From a virus (taxonomy: Duplodnaviria > Caudoviricetes), in IMG/VR virus record IMGVR_UViG_3300048861_000251, positions 1 through 38,294 of that record: DNA of 38,294 nucleotides. The stretch is one strand, 5' to 3'. The position numbers and the translations under genes were made by a program. The number at the start of each line of letters is the position of its first letter. Within the stretch, counting starts at the first letter, position 1. The notes beneath the pieces are model-generated. The model saw only the letters and a program-made list of their open reading frames with translations, was not told the DNA's origin and did not search any database. Shown here one piece after another: positions 26,613-35,598 of this stretch.

Positions 26613-28325
26613 TTAGATAGTGAAGGGCGCGAATGCCCAGGTCTGTGCCGGTTTCGGCGTGTAAATCATTGCCCGCGACATAGCGATAAAAAGCGCTACC
26701 GCGCAATCTATTTTCTTTTCCGGTGACTCTTTAAAGGGCATTCCATAGTTCCCTACTGAGCTTTCTTTGACCAAGACATTGCTCATGGTCCAGGAAAGGA
26801 CAGGATTACCGTCGAATTTGAACCGTCCGTCGTAAACCGCGGCTTCCAACTCTTTTAGAGCTGGTGATAGAACCGCAGGATTCGGAGGTGTTTCTACCCG
26901 GGGGATGCCTGACTGCTCTGACACTCTTAGTGCAAAATAGTCAGCGTATCTCGGATCGTAGGCTAGCTCTTGGCACTGAAAATCGGAGACGTCTCTAATA
27001 GCATCCTGCTCGAGAATCGCGTAATCTATCGAACTACCTTCCGTGGCTGCTAGGTGACCTTCTGCCGCCCACTTCTGATAGTGCTGATTCTCAGGAGCGT
27101 TTACTCTCTCTGATGGAAGATAAGCATTCGTAAAGCAGTAGTAGTGCGGTTTTCCGTCGATATCCTTACGAAATAGCTTCACCGTAGCCGATAAGTCGAG
27201 CTTCGATGCAAGATCGCTGCCAAGCCAACACGGCAAGTCCTTCAGTGACTCCGGTGTTAGCGATTCATCGGCACATTTAGCCCATGTGGCCATGTTCATC
27301 CACGAACTAGCCGCGGTCATCCAATGGTTAAGGTGCTTACACCGGAAGATGTTCTGTTTAGCCGGGTTCCTTACAGCTTCGGCCTGGTCTAGGGCGAGCG
27401 CTTCCGCGTCATTTGAGATCCCCAAATTAGGATTCGCTTGAACCAGTGCTTCATACGAGGTCCAATCGATCTCCGGATCCGCCATATGGATGATGCCAAA
27501 GAGACGATCGTTCTCAATTACTCCTTCTAAAACCTTTTCGACGTCTCTCTGTTTCGAATGACAGGGACCTTCTGTAGTTGAACCAGCCGTCGATACAATG
27601 ACGATCAGGCTGTTCTTACGCTTATTGGCTCCGGTCTTGAACGTATCGTACTGATCCGGATCTGGAGCCTCATGCAACTCATCCAAAATTGCGCAATAGA
27701 CACTCGCGCCGTCTTTCGGCTTGCCAATGACCGGCTGAAACCGTGAACGCGTTGACGGTTGAAAGATTGACTTTGCCGCGGCTACGAGGCCGAACCGCTT
27801 CCTCAGAGCTTCGGTCTGTTCGACCATTGCTTTAGCCGGACGGAACACCTCGAGGCTTTGCGCTTCAGTAGAAGCACCGCAATAGACCTCGGAACCCTTT
27901 TCTCCATCGAACGCCAGCATGTACAGCGCGATGATAGCCGCGAGCGGGCTCTTGCCCTGCCCTCGCGGAACAAGGATGAAGGCTTCACGATACTTGCGGA
28001 TGCCATCTTTGTCGATCCAGCCGAAGATTGACGCGAGGATAAAGACCTGCCATGGTTCCAGTCTTATCGGCTGGCCTTGAAGGTGCCCTTTCTCGTGCGG
28101 CATCATCTCTGCGAACTTACATATTGCGTTCGCCTTAGTTGCATCGAACTTCCACCGCGGACTGCTCTTCAGATCGGTCAGGTGCCTTTGTGCAGCGAGT
28201 TTGACCCACTTACTTGCAATAACCTCGCCTGACTTCACACGGCGCGCGTATGCGGTCGCGCGGCATGCATAATCAGTTGATGATGCCGCTCCACTCGTCG
28301 GCTTGGTTGTTTTTTTCTTCGGCAC
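26613..28325 (-). CDS. terL: Terminase large subunit
   Basis: LEPWQ, Walker A PRGQGKS, Walker B ILDELH, GSDLA and KIDCAVA nuclease motifs. Confidence 0.95.
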   Translation of the reverse strand: MPKKKTTKPTSGAASSTDYACRATAYARRVKSGEVIASKWVKLAAQRHLTDLKSSPRWKFDATKANAICKFAEMMPHEKGHLQGQPIRLEPWQVFILASIFGWIDKDGIRKYREAFILVPRGQGKSPLAAIIALYMLAFDGEKGSEVYCGASTEAQSLEVFRPAKAMVEQTEALRKRFGLVAAAKSIFQPSTRSRFQPVIGKPKDGASVYCAILDELHEAPDPDQYDTFKTGANKRKNSLIVIVSTAGSTTEGPCHSKQRDVEKVLEGVIENDRLFGIIHMADPEIDWTSYEALVQANPNLGISNDAEALALDQAEAVRNPAKQNIFRCKHLNHWMTAASSWMNMATWAKCADESLTPESLKDLPCWLGSDLASKLDLSATVKLFRKDIDGKPHYYCFTNAYLPSERVNAPENQHYQKWAAEGHLAATEGSSIDYAILEQDAIRDVSDFQCQELAYDPRYADYFALRVSEQSGIPRVETPPNPAVLSPALKELEAAVYDGRFKFDGNPVLSWTMSNVLVKESSVGNYGMPFKESPEKKIDCAVALFIAMSRAMIYTPKPAQTWAFAPFTI

Positions 28326-28674
28326 CGTCTACCTGTAGTTTTGTTCTGCTCTGTGGATCAAGGCCAAGACGGCTCAATAGGTTCATAAGGATCGCAACCT
28401 TCGCGGATGACATCTCTGGATCGGTTCTGAACTGATGCATGAGACGGGAGGCCATCTCGATCACCAGACGGTCAGAGCCACCAGCTACACCAGCTGGGAT
28501 CGACGATGAGACCTCGTCCCAGACTTTCTTTAAGGCGGCATTGAAGTATGTCGGCGCTGTGCCGATTGGACCCTGCGTCTTAGGGGATTTCTTACGAGTG
28601 GCAAATCGCTTCGGGTCTTTCGCGGATGATCCACTGAGTTCTGCTTGCTCGATAGTGAGTCTCGGTCGAGGCAT
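28273..28674 (-). CDS. terS: Terminase small subunit
   Basis: MPRPR start, APTYF...W and LGLDPQSR (P27-like) motifs; directly upstream of terL. Confidence 0.85.
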   Translation of the reverse strand: MPRPRLTIEQAELSGSSAKDPKRFATRKKSPKTQGPIGTAPTYFNAALKKVWDEVSSSIPAGVAGGSDRLVIEMASRLMHQFRTDPEMSSAKVAILMNLLSRLGLDPQSRTKLQVDGAEEKNNQADEWSGIIN

Positions 28675-28699
28675 ATTGTTTTCTTTACTCTTCGTTTGG

Positions 28700-28790
28700 A
28701 ACATTAGGATTTGCGGATGAATTAATTTGACTAGGTCGTGGTCTCCGGAAGGTTGGCCCTAAACAATTTCGATGCCCCTATCCCATCGGG
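28700..28790 (-). other. Candidate cos/packaging region
   Basis: Immediately upstream of terS; GGGATAGGGGCATCGAAAT...GAGACCACGACC resembles cos regions of HNH-dependent phages. Exact cut site unknown. Confidence 0.45.
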
Positions 28791-28816
28791 ATTGAGAGCG
28801 TTATGATGTCGTTACG

Positions 28817-29371
28817 GTGCTGATTGACATGATGATTAAAGCTGGTGCTGACGCGGGCGCCCTAGCCGGTGGCGGAAGTCTCTTGGTGAGTGTTGCGAGT
28901 TTCACGGTGAGTGCAATCGCCTTACATTATTCCCGGAAGGCTCAGTTGCTATTAGAACAAGATAAGTCCCGAAAACTAGATATCTCCCTAAAAGAAGGCG
29001 ACTGGGTCAGAACGAAAGATAACCTTTTATTGATCCATGTGCTCGTTTACAACCCGAGTACCCGGGTGAACACAATAAAGGGCTACAGGATAACAACGTT
29101 ACTAGCGGATGGTAAGGAACACCTTTGCAGAGTAGAAGAGATGCACACGTTTGGAGGTGCAACATTCAATCCTCTTCCCCTTGAGATCGCACCGGGCGGT
29201 GGGACCGAAGTAAAGATTGGAACCTCAGATATCAACTTCACATTGTTGCCCGATCCCTTCAGCTGCGAAATATCGATCATTGACGTTTACGGGCGCTCAT
29301 CTTCGTTTCCCATGGAGATTCCCCATCCGGAAAGGTCATTGCGGCTTATGTATCCGACATCTACTCCCTAG
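28817..29371 (+). CDS. Moron protein with N-terminal TM and Ig-like soluble domain
   Basis: Opposite strand to the late operon; hydrophobic N-terminus; VYNPSTRVNTI and PLEIAPG. Confidence 0.7.
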   Translation: MLIDMMIKAGADAGALAGGGSLLVSVASFTVSAIALHYSRKAQLLLEQDKSRKLDISLKEGDWVRTKDNLLLIHVLVYNPSTRVNTIKGYRITTLLADGKEHLCRVEEMHTFGGATFNPLPLEIAPGGGTEVKIGTSDINFTLLPDPFSCEISIIDVYGRSSSFPMEIPHPERSLRLMYPTSTP

Positions 29372-29458
29372 TACTAAATTGCATACTGCTCTCTATCCCT
29401 CTTCAGTTGTAATCCTTGGTGACTGCATTTATGTCAGTCTCTACATGGAGGGCATAAA

Positions 29459-29713
29459 TTGAAGGCCTTGCAACTCGACACAAATGGTCACATCATCGTC
29501 AAGCCAGTAGTCGGATGGGAAACTCATACGCTTCCGAGCCTCACTTCTGCAATTCTAGTAGTGCAGTATGCACATAACGAGGATCAACTCGAAAGGGGAG
29601 AGAGCGAGCGCATTCAGTTGGTCCTGACTCGAGCCATGTGCAGAGAGTTGTCGGATTCACTAAAAACGGCGGCGAATGCTCTTGAAGAACTAGATTTGAA
29701 GTCTTTAGATTGA
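29459..29713 (+). CDS. BssS-like small protein
   Basis: GGAGG RBS; IIVKPVVGWETHTLPS...LVVQY...LVLT...RE resembles E. coli BssS (IQTHPLVGWDISTVDS...LRLHY...LWLT...RQ), compared from memory. Confidence 0.6.
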   Translation: MKALQLDTNGHIIVKPVVGWETHTLPSLTSAILVVQYAHNEDQLERGESERIQLVLTRAMCRELSDSLKTAANALEELDLKSLD

Positions 29714-29770
29714 GTCCTGTCATTCGGAGCCCTTTTCATACGGTTAATACAATTCTTCGGGAGGTAGTAC

Positions 29771-29911
29771 GTGGCGCAGCCAACTTGCGGTAAATGTGGA
29801 AATACTTCTTTTTCGTCGACGCACAAGAGTTTCGGAGGGATTGCTACCCGCGTCGTCTATTGCAGTAGTTGTGGTGTGGTCGTCGGTGTAGTGAACGAGC
29901 ACAATCAATAA
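29771..29911 (+). CDS. 46-aa zinc-ribbon protein (not in ORF track)
   Basis: GGAGG RBS, GTG start; MAQPTCGKCGNTSFSSTHKSFGGIATRVVYCSSCGVVVGVVNEHNQ. Confidence 0.75.
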   Translation: MAQPTCGKCGNTSFSSTHKSFGGIATRVVYCSSCGVVVGVVNEHNQ

Positions 29912-29912
29912 A

Positions 29913-30260
29913 TTACTGGGCTGTCTTCTCCTCGATCTCATGGCACTCTCTACAAAGTGAGAGACGATTATTCGGATCTAGATGAAGATCAGGTCGAGTG
30001 GTTTTCTTTATGATGTGATGACTATCGGCCGCCGGTGTCACTCTTCCCTGCTCCAGACAGCGTTGACACAGGTAGGAATCGCGCCTCATGGTCTGCGCTC
30101 TAATCTTCTTGTGCGCTCTGCCATAGCCACGACTGTGGGCTGAGCCTCTCCATCTGGACTGTTGCAGTTGAGCGGCATCTCTGTGTGCCTCACAGAACCC
30201 GCTGTCTACCAATGCAGAGCATCCGGCCTTCCTGCAGCCTCTCTTCGCACGTGATGGCAT
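29913..30260 (-). CDS. HNH endonuclease (terminase-associated, HK97 gp74-like)
   Basis: RGY, RDSYLCQRC, HHI and N..SLCRECH motifs. Confidence 0.92.
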   Translation of the reverse strand: MPSRAKRGCRKAGCSALVDSGFCEAHRDAAQLQQSRWRGSAHSRGYGRAHKKIRAQTMRRDSYLCQRCLEQGRVTPAADSHHIIKKTTRPDLHLDPNNRLSLCRECHEIEEKTAQ

Positions 30261-30274
30261 AAGTCGTTACCGTT

Positions 30275-30523
30275 TTACCGCGGTTCTGACTGCTCGGACC
30301 TTGTGGATTCGACCCCAGCGCGGAATCCCTCAAGACGCGCCAAGGATACGTCGTGTCCGCCTATACGGCGATCGTGCGTGTCCAACCGGATTTCGTGGTC
30401 ATTCAATTTCAATCCATGGTCCGAAACGGTTTGTGCGAGTTTTCCACCAATCCAAACAACTCCACCTACCGTGAAGAAGATGCCTACAACTGCCGCTATT
30501 GCTGAAATCTGGTCCCAATTCAT
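30275..30523 (-). CDS. Holin-like single-TM plus coiled-coil protein
   Basis: One TM, then HEIRL...LARLEG; lysis-cassette position. Confidence 0.55.
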   Translation of the reverse strand: MNWDQISAIAAVVGIFFTVGGVVWIGGKLAQTVSDHGLKLNDHEIRLDTHDRRIGGHDVSLARLEGFRAGVESTRSEQSEPR

Positions 30524-30528
30524 CCTAA

Positions 30529-30597
30529 TTATGCCTTCACCACGGTAGAGTCTACGAATCCCCGGCCAATTGCCTTCAATACACCTATGAAGCTCAT
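30529..30597 (-). pseudogene. 22-codon ORF with strong RBS, possibly a deletion remnant
   Basis: AGAGGAGA RBS; MSFIGVLKAIGRGFVDSTVVKA. Confidence 0.4.
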
Positions 30598-30694
30598 GTG
30601 TTTCTCCTCTTGGGCTTCTAAGGCCGCGGTTTTGGGAATATCTTGAGTTACTTGAACTGCGGCGGATCTCGCCTTGGATTTGAATGGCTACATG

Positions 30695-30883
30695 TTATTT
30701 GGCCGACAGGCCAGCAATGGGCTTGATATTGAGCATCTGATGGAAAAAATCGAAGAGGTGATCGTACAGGTCGTACGGCTTATCCTTATCGGGCATCGTC
30801 ACGATGAAAGCCGACGCCACATACCAGGCGACGCCGCCGATCGTAAATCGGTGTTCGTATAAAACCGACCAAATGTGATTCAC
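30695..30883 (-). CDS. Small membrane protein (possible holin)
   Basis: AGGAG RBS, GTG start, one TM. Confidence 0.6.
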   Translation of the reverse strand: MNHIWSVLYEHRFTIGGVAWYVASAFIVTMPDKDKPYDLYDHLFDFFHQMLNIKPIAGLSAK

Positions 30884-31057
30884 AGATACTCCTGAGATGT
30901 GATCCCCTCCACATTGCCTTGTTGCACCGCGCTGCCGCGGTTACTTACCCTACTACGGTTTTCAGCAAGAAAAGGAGGACCCGGTCCGGGTCAATCGAAG
31001 GGAGTGGACGATACGGCCACGGACCAGGGGAGAAACTTAAGATGTTCTGGGGAACGT

Positions 31058-31417
31058 TTATGTGGCTTGTTTGACTGGCTCACGGCTCGGAACCATCGAA
31101 GGAATCCAGCCGGCCACGATCTGTCGTGCTCTTACACAGCCTGTGGCGTTGGCGTGAATCAGCCGCGCGCCCATCCGGAGGGATTGAGCAGTAGCGTGAA
31201 TTTCAGAACCCTTGCGGTTCAGCATCAGGCCTCGTGCATGACGGGTCCACTTTGCGAGGCCGGAGTCTACTAATTCTCTAGCGGTGTCTCTCAACATCCA
31301 GAACTCCGGCTTACTAAGATCTGTCACTCTGCGTTTTGCGTAAAAGACGGGAACCATCTCTATCTGATTTTCGGGCACGGGTCTCCTGGGAGTCTGCATT
31401 TTTGGATGGATGCACAA
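31058..31417 (-). CDS. Hypothetical phage protein
   Basis: In the early/middle gene run; ARELVDSGLAKW pattern. Confidence 0.55.
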   Translation of the reverse strand: MCIHPKMQTPRRPVPENQIEMVPVFYAKRRVTDLSKPEFWMLRDTARELVDSGLAKWTRHARGLMLNRKGSEIHATAQSLRMGARLIHANATGCVRARQIVAGWIPSMVPSREPVKQAT

Positions 31418-31485
31418 CCGGTACGAGGGCTTATCTCACATTGATAAGCCCTCAGCAAGTCATTTCTACGAGGAATTCGTAATTA

Positions 31486-31716
31486 CTAAACTCTCGTGCG
31501 TGGCTTCAGGCCGGATCCGAGGCTCGCTGCGACTCTTGTCTCGTAGTCGTGGCGATAACACTCTACCGCTGGATTCCAAGAGGCCAGTTTCGTGTTACAT
31601 AACGGTCTCTTGCAGGTCCTGCCGCGCCTTTTGCGACGAACGATGCAATCCTTACAGAACGTCGAGGTGGCGCTGCTGATGTACTGATTGCAACTGCAAC
31701 AGATGCCTCGAATCAT
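31486..31716 (-). CDS. Cys-rich zinc-finger protein (candidate late regulator)
   Basis: Start re-placed to ATG 31716 (GGAGG, ATGA overlap); CCSC, CKDC, C...C and C..H. Confidence 0.65.
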   Translation of the reverse strand: MIRGICCSCNQYISSATSTFCKDCIVRRKRRGRTCKRPLCNTKLASWNPAVECYRHDYETRVAASLGSGLKPRTRV

Positions 31717-32438
31717 GCGACCTCCTGATCGAGGATCCGCTGGATGTGCTGCAAACCGCGGCCTGTTATAAGCGTCTTCGTGTAGACGTGCGAGCCGGAG
31801 GCGTCGGTCCATTGGCGCTCTACTACCTGGAACCAACCGCCGTTTAGATAGCGTTGATAAGGCAAGTTGTCGTGCATCAGCAGTCCACGATCACGCAAGA
31901 ACTTGTACAGCTTGTTGGGCCCAATAGATAAGACCTTGGCAACCTCCTGTACGGTCTGCGCATTGACGGCTTCTGCGACCGCTTCTGCGAACTTAACTTT
32001 TGGTGCTTGCTCAAGTACCGTGGCTCCGAGGTGCTTCACCGCGGTTTCGGCTAGCATCCGGCCTTCAGCCTCATCCGCCCAGGCTCGTGCTGCGATGATT
32101 GGGTTATTGAAGTCAGGCAGAACCGGCTTCCCTTTTGCTTCGGCCTCGAGCTGCGCCCAGCGGTCTACTAGAGCCGCGGTGAATTCAGGGCTGAGCTGAG
32201 CTACTACGATGATGCTGGATCGTTTGTCGAGTCGATATTCGGTGCCTGGCCTTCCCGCTCCGACATGGTCTGAATATTCCACCGGGAGTGGAGAATTGAT
32301 TATGCCTTTATCGGCTAGTGTTTCTATCGCTCGCTTCACGCTGTCGTGACGGGACTGAACCACCTCAGCGATTTCGCGAGAAGACATCGTGAGGGTTTCG
32401 CTGCTGGTGAGATGGCTAACTGCAAGCAACTCGTTCAC
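31713..32438 (-). CDS. Rha-domain plus ANT/KilAC phage antirepressor
   Basis: TMSSREIAE, LVDRW, AARAWADE, PKVKFAE and TLITGRG motifs. Confidence 0.92.
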   Translation of the reverse strand: MNELLAVSHLTSSETLTMSSREIAEVVQSRHDSVKRAIETLADKGIINSPLPVEYSDHVGAGRPGTEYRLDKRSSIIVVAQLSPEFTAALVDRWAQLEAEAKGKPVLPDFNNPIIAARAWADEAEGRMLAETAVKHLGATVLEQAPKVKFAEAVAEAVNAQTVQEVAKVLSIGPNKLYKFLRDRGLLMHDNLPYQRYLNGGWFQVVERQWTDASGSHVYTKTLITGRGLQHIQRILDQEVA

Positions 32439-32629
32439 AGAGCCACTTCCGTTCCGGACTTCGCGATCGAATCTATTGCCGCCATCAAAATGATTCCGGC
32501 CTCGGTCGGGTAGGGCTGAGGTCCAGACTGTAAGTGAAGTACTGCATTGCTCAAAAACACCGCGGCTTCCATGCGGCTATTAGGTGCTTGTATATCTGCC
32601 CAGCGAAAATTCCTATAACGTCCCGACAT
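32435..32629 (-). CDS. 64-aa hypothetical protein
   Basis: GGGGAG upstream; GTGA coupling to the antirepressor. Confidence 0.55.
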   Translation of the reverse strand: MSGRYRNFRWADIQAPNSRMEAAVFLSNAVLHLQSGPQPYPTEAGIILMAAIDSIAKSGTEVAL

Positions 32630-33264
32630 TTACTGTTCCAATCTCCCCTTTGCATGGATTGAATACATAGGGGTTCGGGGGGCGTCTACTTAAATCTTCA
32701 TCTATTACTTAATTTTTCTAAGTTACTGTTTCACGCGAGTGACGTGCCACGTGACACATTCAGATGGGCGTGAAACACCGCACTTTCAGCCCATAAACCG
32801 TGGATATTAAGCAGAAAGGCCCTCACCCGAAGATGAAGGCCAGTCCTAATAGGGAGTCGAGAAGTTGAATCCCGCCAAGAATAAAAATGCCCAACTCAAC
32901 CTTAGGTAGGTTATAGCATCGCGATTTATAACTAACAAGAAATTTTCTTGACGTAACTTTATAACTATCTTATAAGCGTCTATGTAAGATTGATTCCCGC
33001 CGAATCCATACAAAACGCTTTCTTCCTATAGCTAATTTGTAAATTCTGCAGAAATCATCTAAGCACTTTAGCCACTACTCGGGAGCATACGAACGTGTGG
33101 GGCGAAGTAGTCCGGGTTGTCGAAAATGCCGGGCAAGGTTCCGAAAGGGATCGCGAGATCGGCTAATAGGCGGGTGTAGATCGGCTGGGATTGTATTATC
33201 CGTAAGTCCGGGACATGGACTAGGTTCATGTTGCGATTGATTGCTGCCGTAAAGCGCAAGCGTC

Positions 33265-33420
33265 ATGACACGTTGTGAAACGTTCACCGCAGTCGAGCAA
33301 CTCGTAAAAGTGTCAGTTCCGCGCAAATACGGTGCGCACCTCGCAGAATTTGCGAGAGCTTTGAACCTAACCAGTTCAGAGGCTCGACGGGTAAAGACCC
33401 GGAAGGCACCAGCGGAATGA
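33265..33420 (+). CDS. Possible 51-aa basic protein (not in ORF track)
   Basis: MTRCETFTAVEQLVKVSVPRKYGAHLAEFARALNLTSSEARRVKTRKAPAE; no clear RBS. Confidence 0.25.
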   Translation: MTRCETFTAVEQLVKVSVPRKYGAHLAEFARALNLTSSEARRVKTRKAPAE

Positions 33421-33645
33421 ATCACAAGCGCTCGGCTCAACCTCTACCGGACAGGATTTTTTCTTATCTTGTTTGCATGAATTTCTTGCTTTTTTGCTTG
33501 ATTCTGAGCAAAGGATACAGGTTAATCTATCGGAATTTAACGGCTGACTGTGGAAAGCAGATTGAAAGCTGATTGCGGTTATGAAGTTGAAAATAGGAAC
33601 CAACTTAAATAGTCCTCTCTGATAAGCGCTCGCGCGTTCAGAGAA

Positions 33646-33883
33646 GCCAGCCGCTAGGCGATGCCAAGAACAAAAACTACCGCCCTACAGACTCACCTCA
33701 GCAATCTGGGGATAGAGAGCTCAAGATGAATCAATGAACTCTAAATGTCATTCTTCGGTAGATAAGCGCTTTCTGCTTATCTACCGGCCTAGCGGCGAGC
33801 GTGAAGTTGTTGAGCGGTCACTGAATGCCGGTGGATAACCAATAAGCGATCGCAGCGGTACTTTGCATCGCCTAGCGGCTGGC
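33646..33883. repeat. 19-bp perfect inverted repeat enclosing a 12-bp hairpin
   Basis: GCCAGCCGCTAGGCGATGC (33646-33664) pairs with GCATCGCCTAGCGGCTGGC (33865-33883); inner CGGTAGATAAGC-N7-GCTTATCTACCG (33756-33786). Confidence 0.9.
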
Positions 33884-34939
33884 CTATTTGTCGGCAAGCT
33901 GCCAAATAGGACGATTGGTAGGAGAATTTGAGGATTTATCCGAGACCGAGGTGGGTATCAGTTCAAGAATTCATGAATCTCTGAACGGCCTCTTCACTAA
34001 TCTCTACGCTGCAGAATGTGATCTTATTTTCTCCGTCGAAATCTGGAGAGCGGCCGCAAATCTTGTCGCCAGTCACGCCCAGATCAAGCAATTTCTGGAT
34101 GCACTTCCCTATGGTCTTAGAGTATTTGATCGGGACTGCTCCGCGAAGGTGCGTTTCGGGAAGAAGGTTGACGGAAAAGATTTCATCTCCGCTCGCAGGA
34201 GAGTGGGTGCAGGTGATGTCGTATCTCAGAGTGCCAACAGCCTATCACTCCCTAAGGTTCGGAAACTGCTCATCCCAGTTGAGCCAAAATCCACCATGAC
34301 CGGCCCGGCAGTTAGACGATGCCGGAGCTACCCGCATCCTGCACCCTTATATACAGCGTGACACCTATACTCATCCAGTCATCTCTCGACTGCGAGACAC
34401 CTATGTACAGCCCTTTAACGTCCCCTAATGACGTCAACCTCACCTGTGGACTCAAAGTCATCAGCCCCTGGTGTCACAGAGTCCATAGGGTGCATCTATA
34501 AATTATTGAAAATGAGATTGTTAGAGAAGCATGGCCTTAAGCAACCTGGCGTGTCGGCTTTAGTCGTCGATGCGTCTCTCATCGAGGGCCTTCATGATGG
34601 CCTCGTAGTACGCAGTTTGGATCGAGTCTTCAGATCCAAGCTTGGCCAACAATTCGTTATGCCGCGCCGCGGCAACCCCTCCATAGCATCACGCCCCGGT
34701 TGTGAATCACGGAAGTTACTAACTCATACAGTAACTAAACCGTCTGCGGCACGGAAGGGTGACATAAGGAGGCAGTAGCACGGGACCGCACGAAATCGCA
34801 TTTAGAATATTCATAGGGAACGGGGTTAGACAGATTACCCAACTTCTAACGAATACGTTGTTATCGTCAGCAAAGTGAGAAATAGGGGAGCGGCGACCAA
34901 ATTTATAGCCGCCCTAGCAGTACCGGGAACATTTATGGC

Positions 34940-35152
34940 ATGGTATCTCAAGAAGTTGTAACAACCGACCGACTTCTCTATAGCCGAAAAGAGGCAGCCT
35001 ATCGACTTTCATTGAGTGTTAGATCACTTGACTACTTAATAGAAGGTGGAGAACTGAAGGCGCGCAGGATAGGGAGTCGAATCCTTATACCTTATGAGGA
35101 ACTGATCCGATTTGCCAATCGAGATCACACCGGCTCCGTGGTAGCAGCCTGA
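34940..35152 (+). CDS. xis: Excisionase-type HTH (HTH_17) protein
   Basis: LLYSRKEAAYRLSLS...GELKARRIGSRILIP; close to the integrase. Confidence 0.85.
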   Translation: MVSQEVVTTDRLLYSRKEAAYRLSLSVRSLDYLIEGGELKARRIGSRILIPYEELIRFANRDHTGSVVAA

Positions 35153-35205
35153 CAAAGGCCCGGTTAATCACCGGGGCGTTCGCTTCATCGAATCTTGCTA
35201 ATGGT

Positions 35206-35598
35206 TTAGAAGAATACGGCGGGTGATACGTGGAATCGTTCGCTGAGTCGAGCGATGTGGTCCTTGTTAATTTCCCGTTTTCCCGCGAGGACCTGGGAGA
35301 CATTACCTTCGCCGCCAAAGTCTTCGCTAAGATCCTTCTGACGCAATCCATGGCTTTCCATCAGAAAACGGAGAACTGTGATCGGATCAGCCGCAGGCAC
35401 CGTGTAGCGTTCTGCCTCGTACCGCTCGATCAGGAGAGTAAGCAGATCAATAGCTTCGTCCTCATCGGGTGTGGTCTTGTCCTTGACTGTCAGGTTGAAT
35501 AGAGCAGTGGTGTACTCAGCCAACTCTGCGTCCGAATGGATAACGTGCGGTGCACCGAGGTGAATCATCTCCGCTGGGTTTGCAAGTGCTGTGCTCAT
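35206..35598 (-). CDS. higA: HigA antitoxin
   Basis: LLTLLIERYE, P...LRFLMESHGLRQKDL and VSQVLAGKREI motifs. Confidence 0.92.
   Translation of the reverse strand: MSTALANPAEMIHLGAPHVIHSDAELAEYTTALFNLTVKDKTTPDEDEAIDLLTLLIERYEAERYTVPAADPITVLRFLMESHGLRQKDLSEDFGGEGNVSQVLAGKREINKDHIARLSERFHVSPAVFF

Noticed and set aside
26605-26706. N-terminal extensions in the ORF track (portal; also 8434, 12819, 16978, 31836)
   Set aside because: They overlap upstream genes; downstream starts have an RBS or stop-start coupling.
33646-33883. Retron msr-msd interpretation of the inverted repeats
   Set aside because: No reverse transcriptase nearby; kept only as an unexplained structure.
33888-34778. Plus-strand ORFs 33888-34361 and 34428-34778 as repressor or replication genes
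   Set aside because: No RBS, HTH or other recognisable motif.
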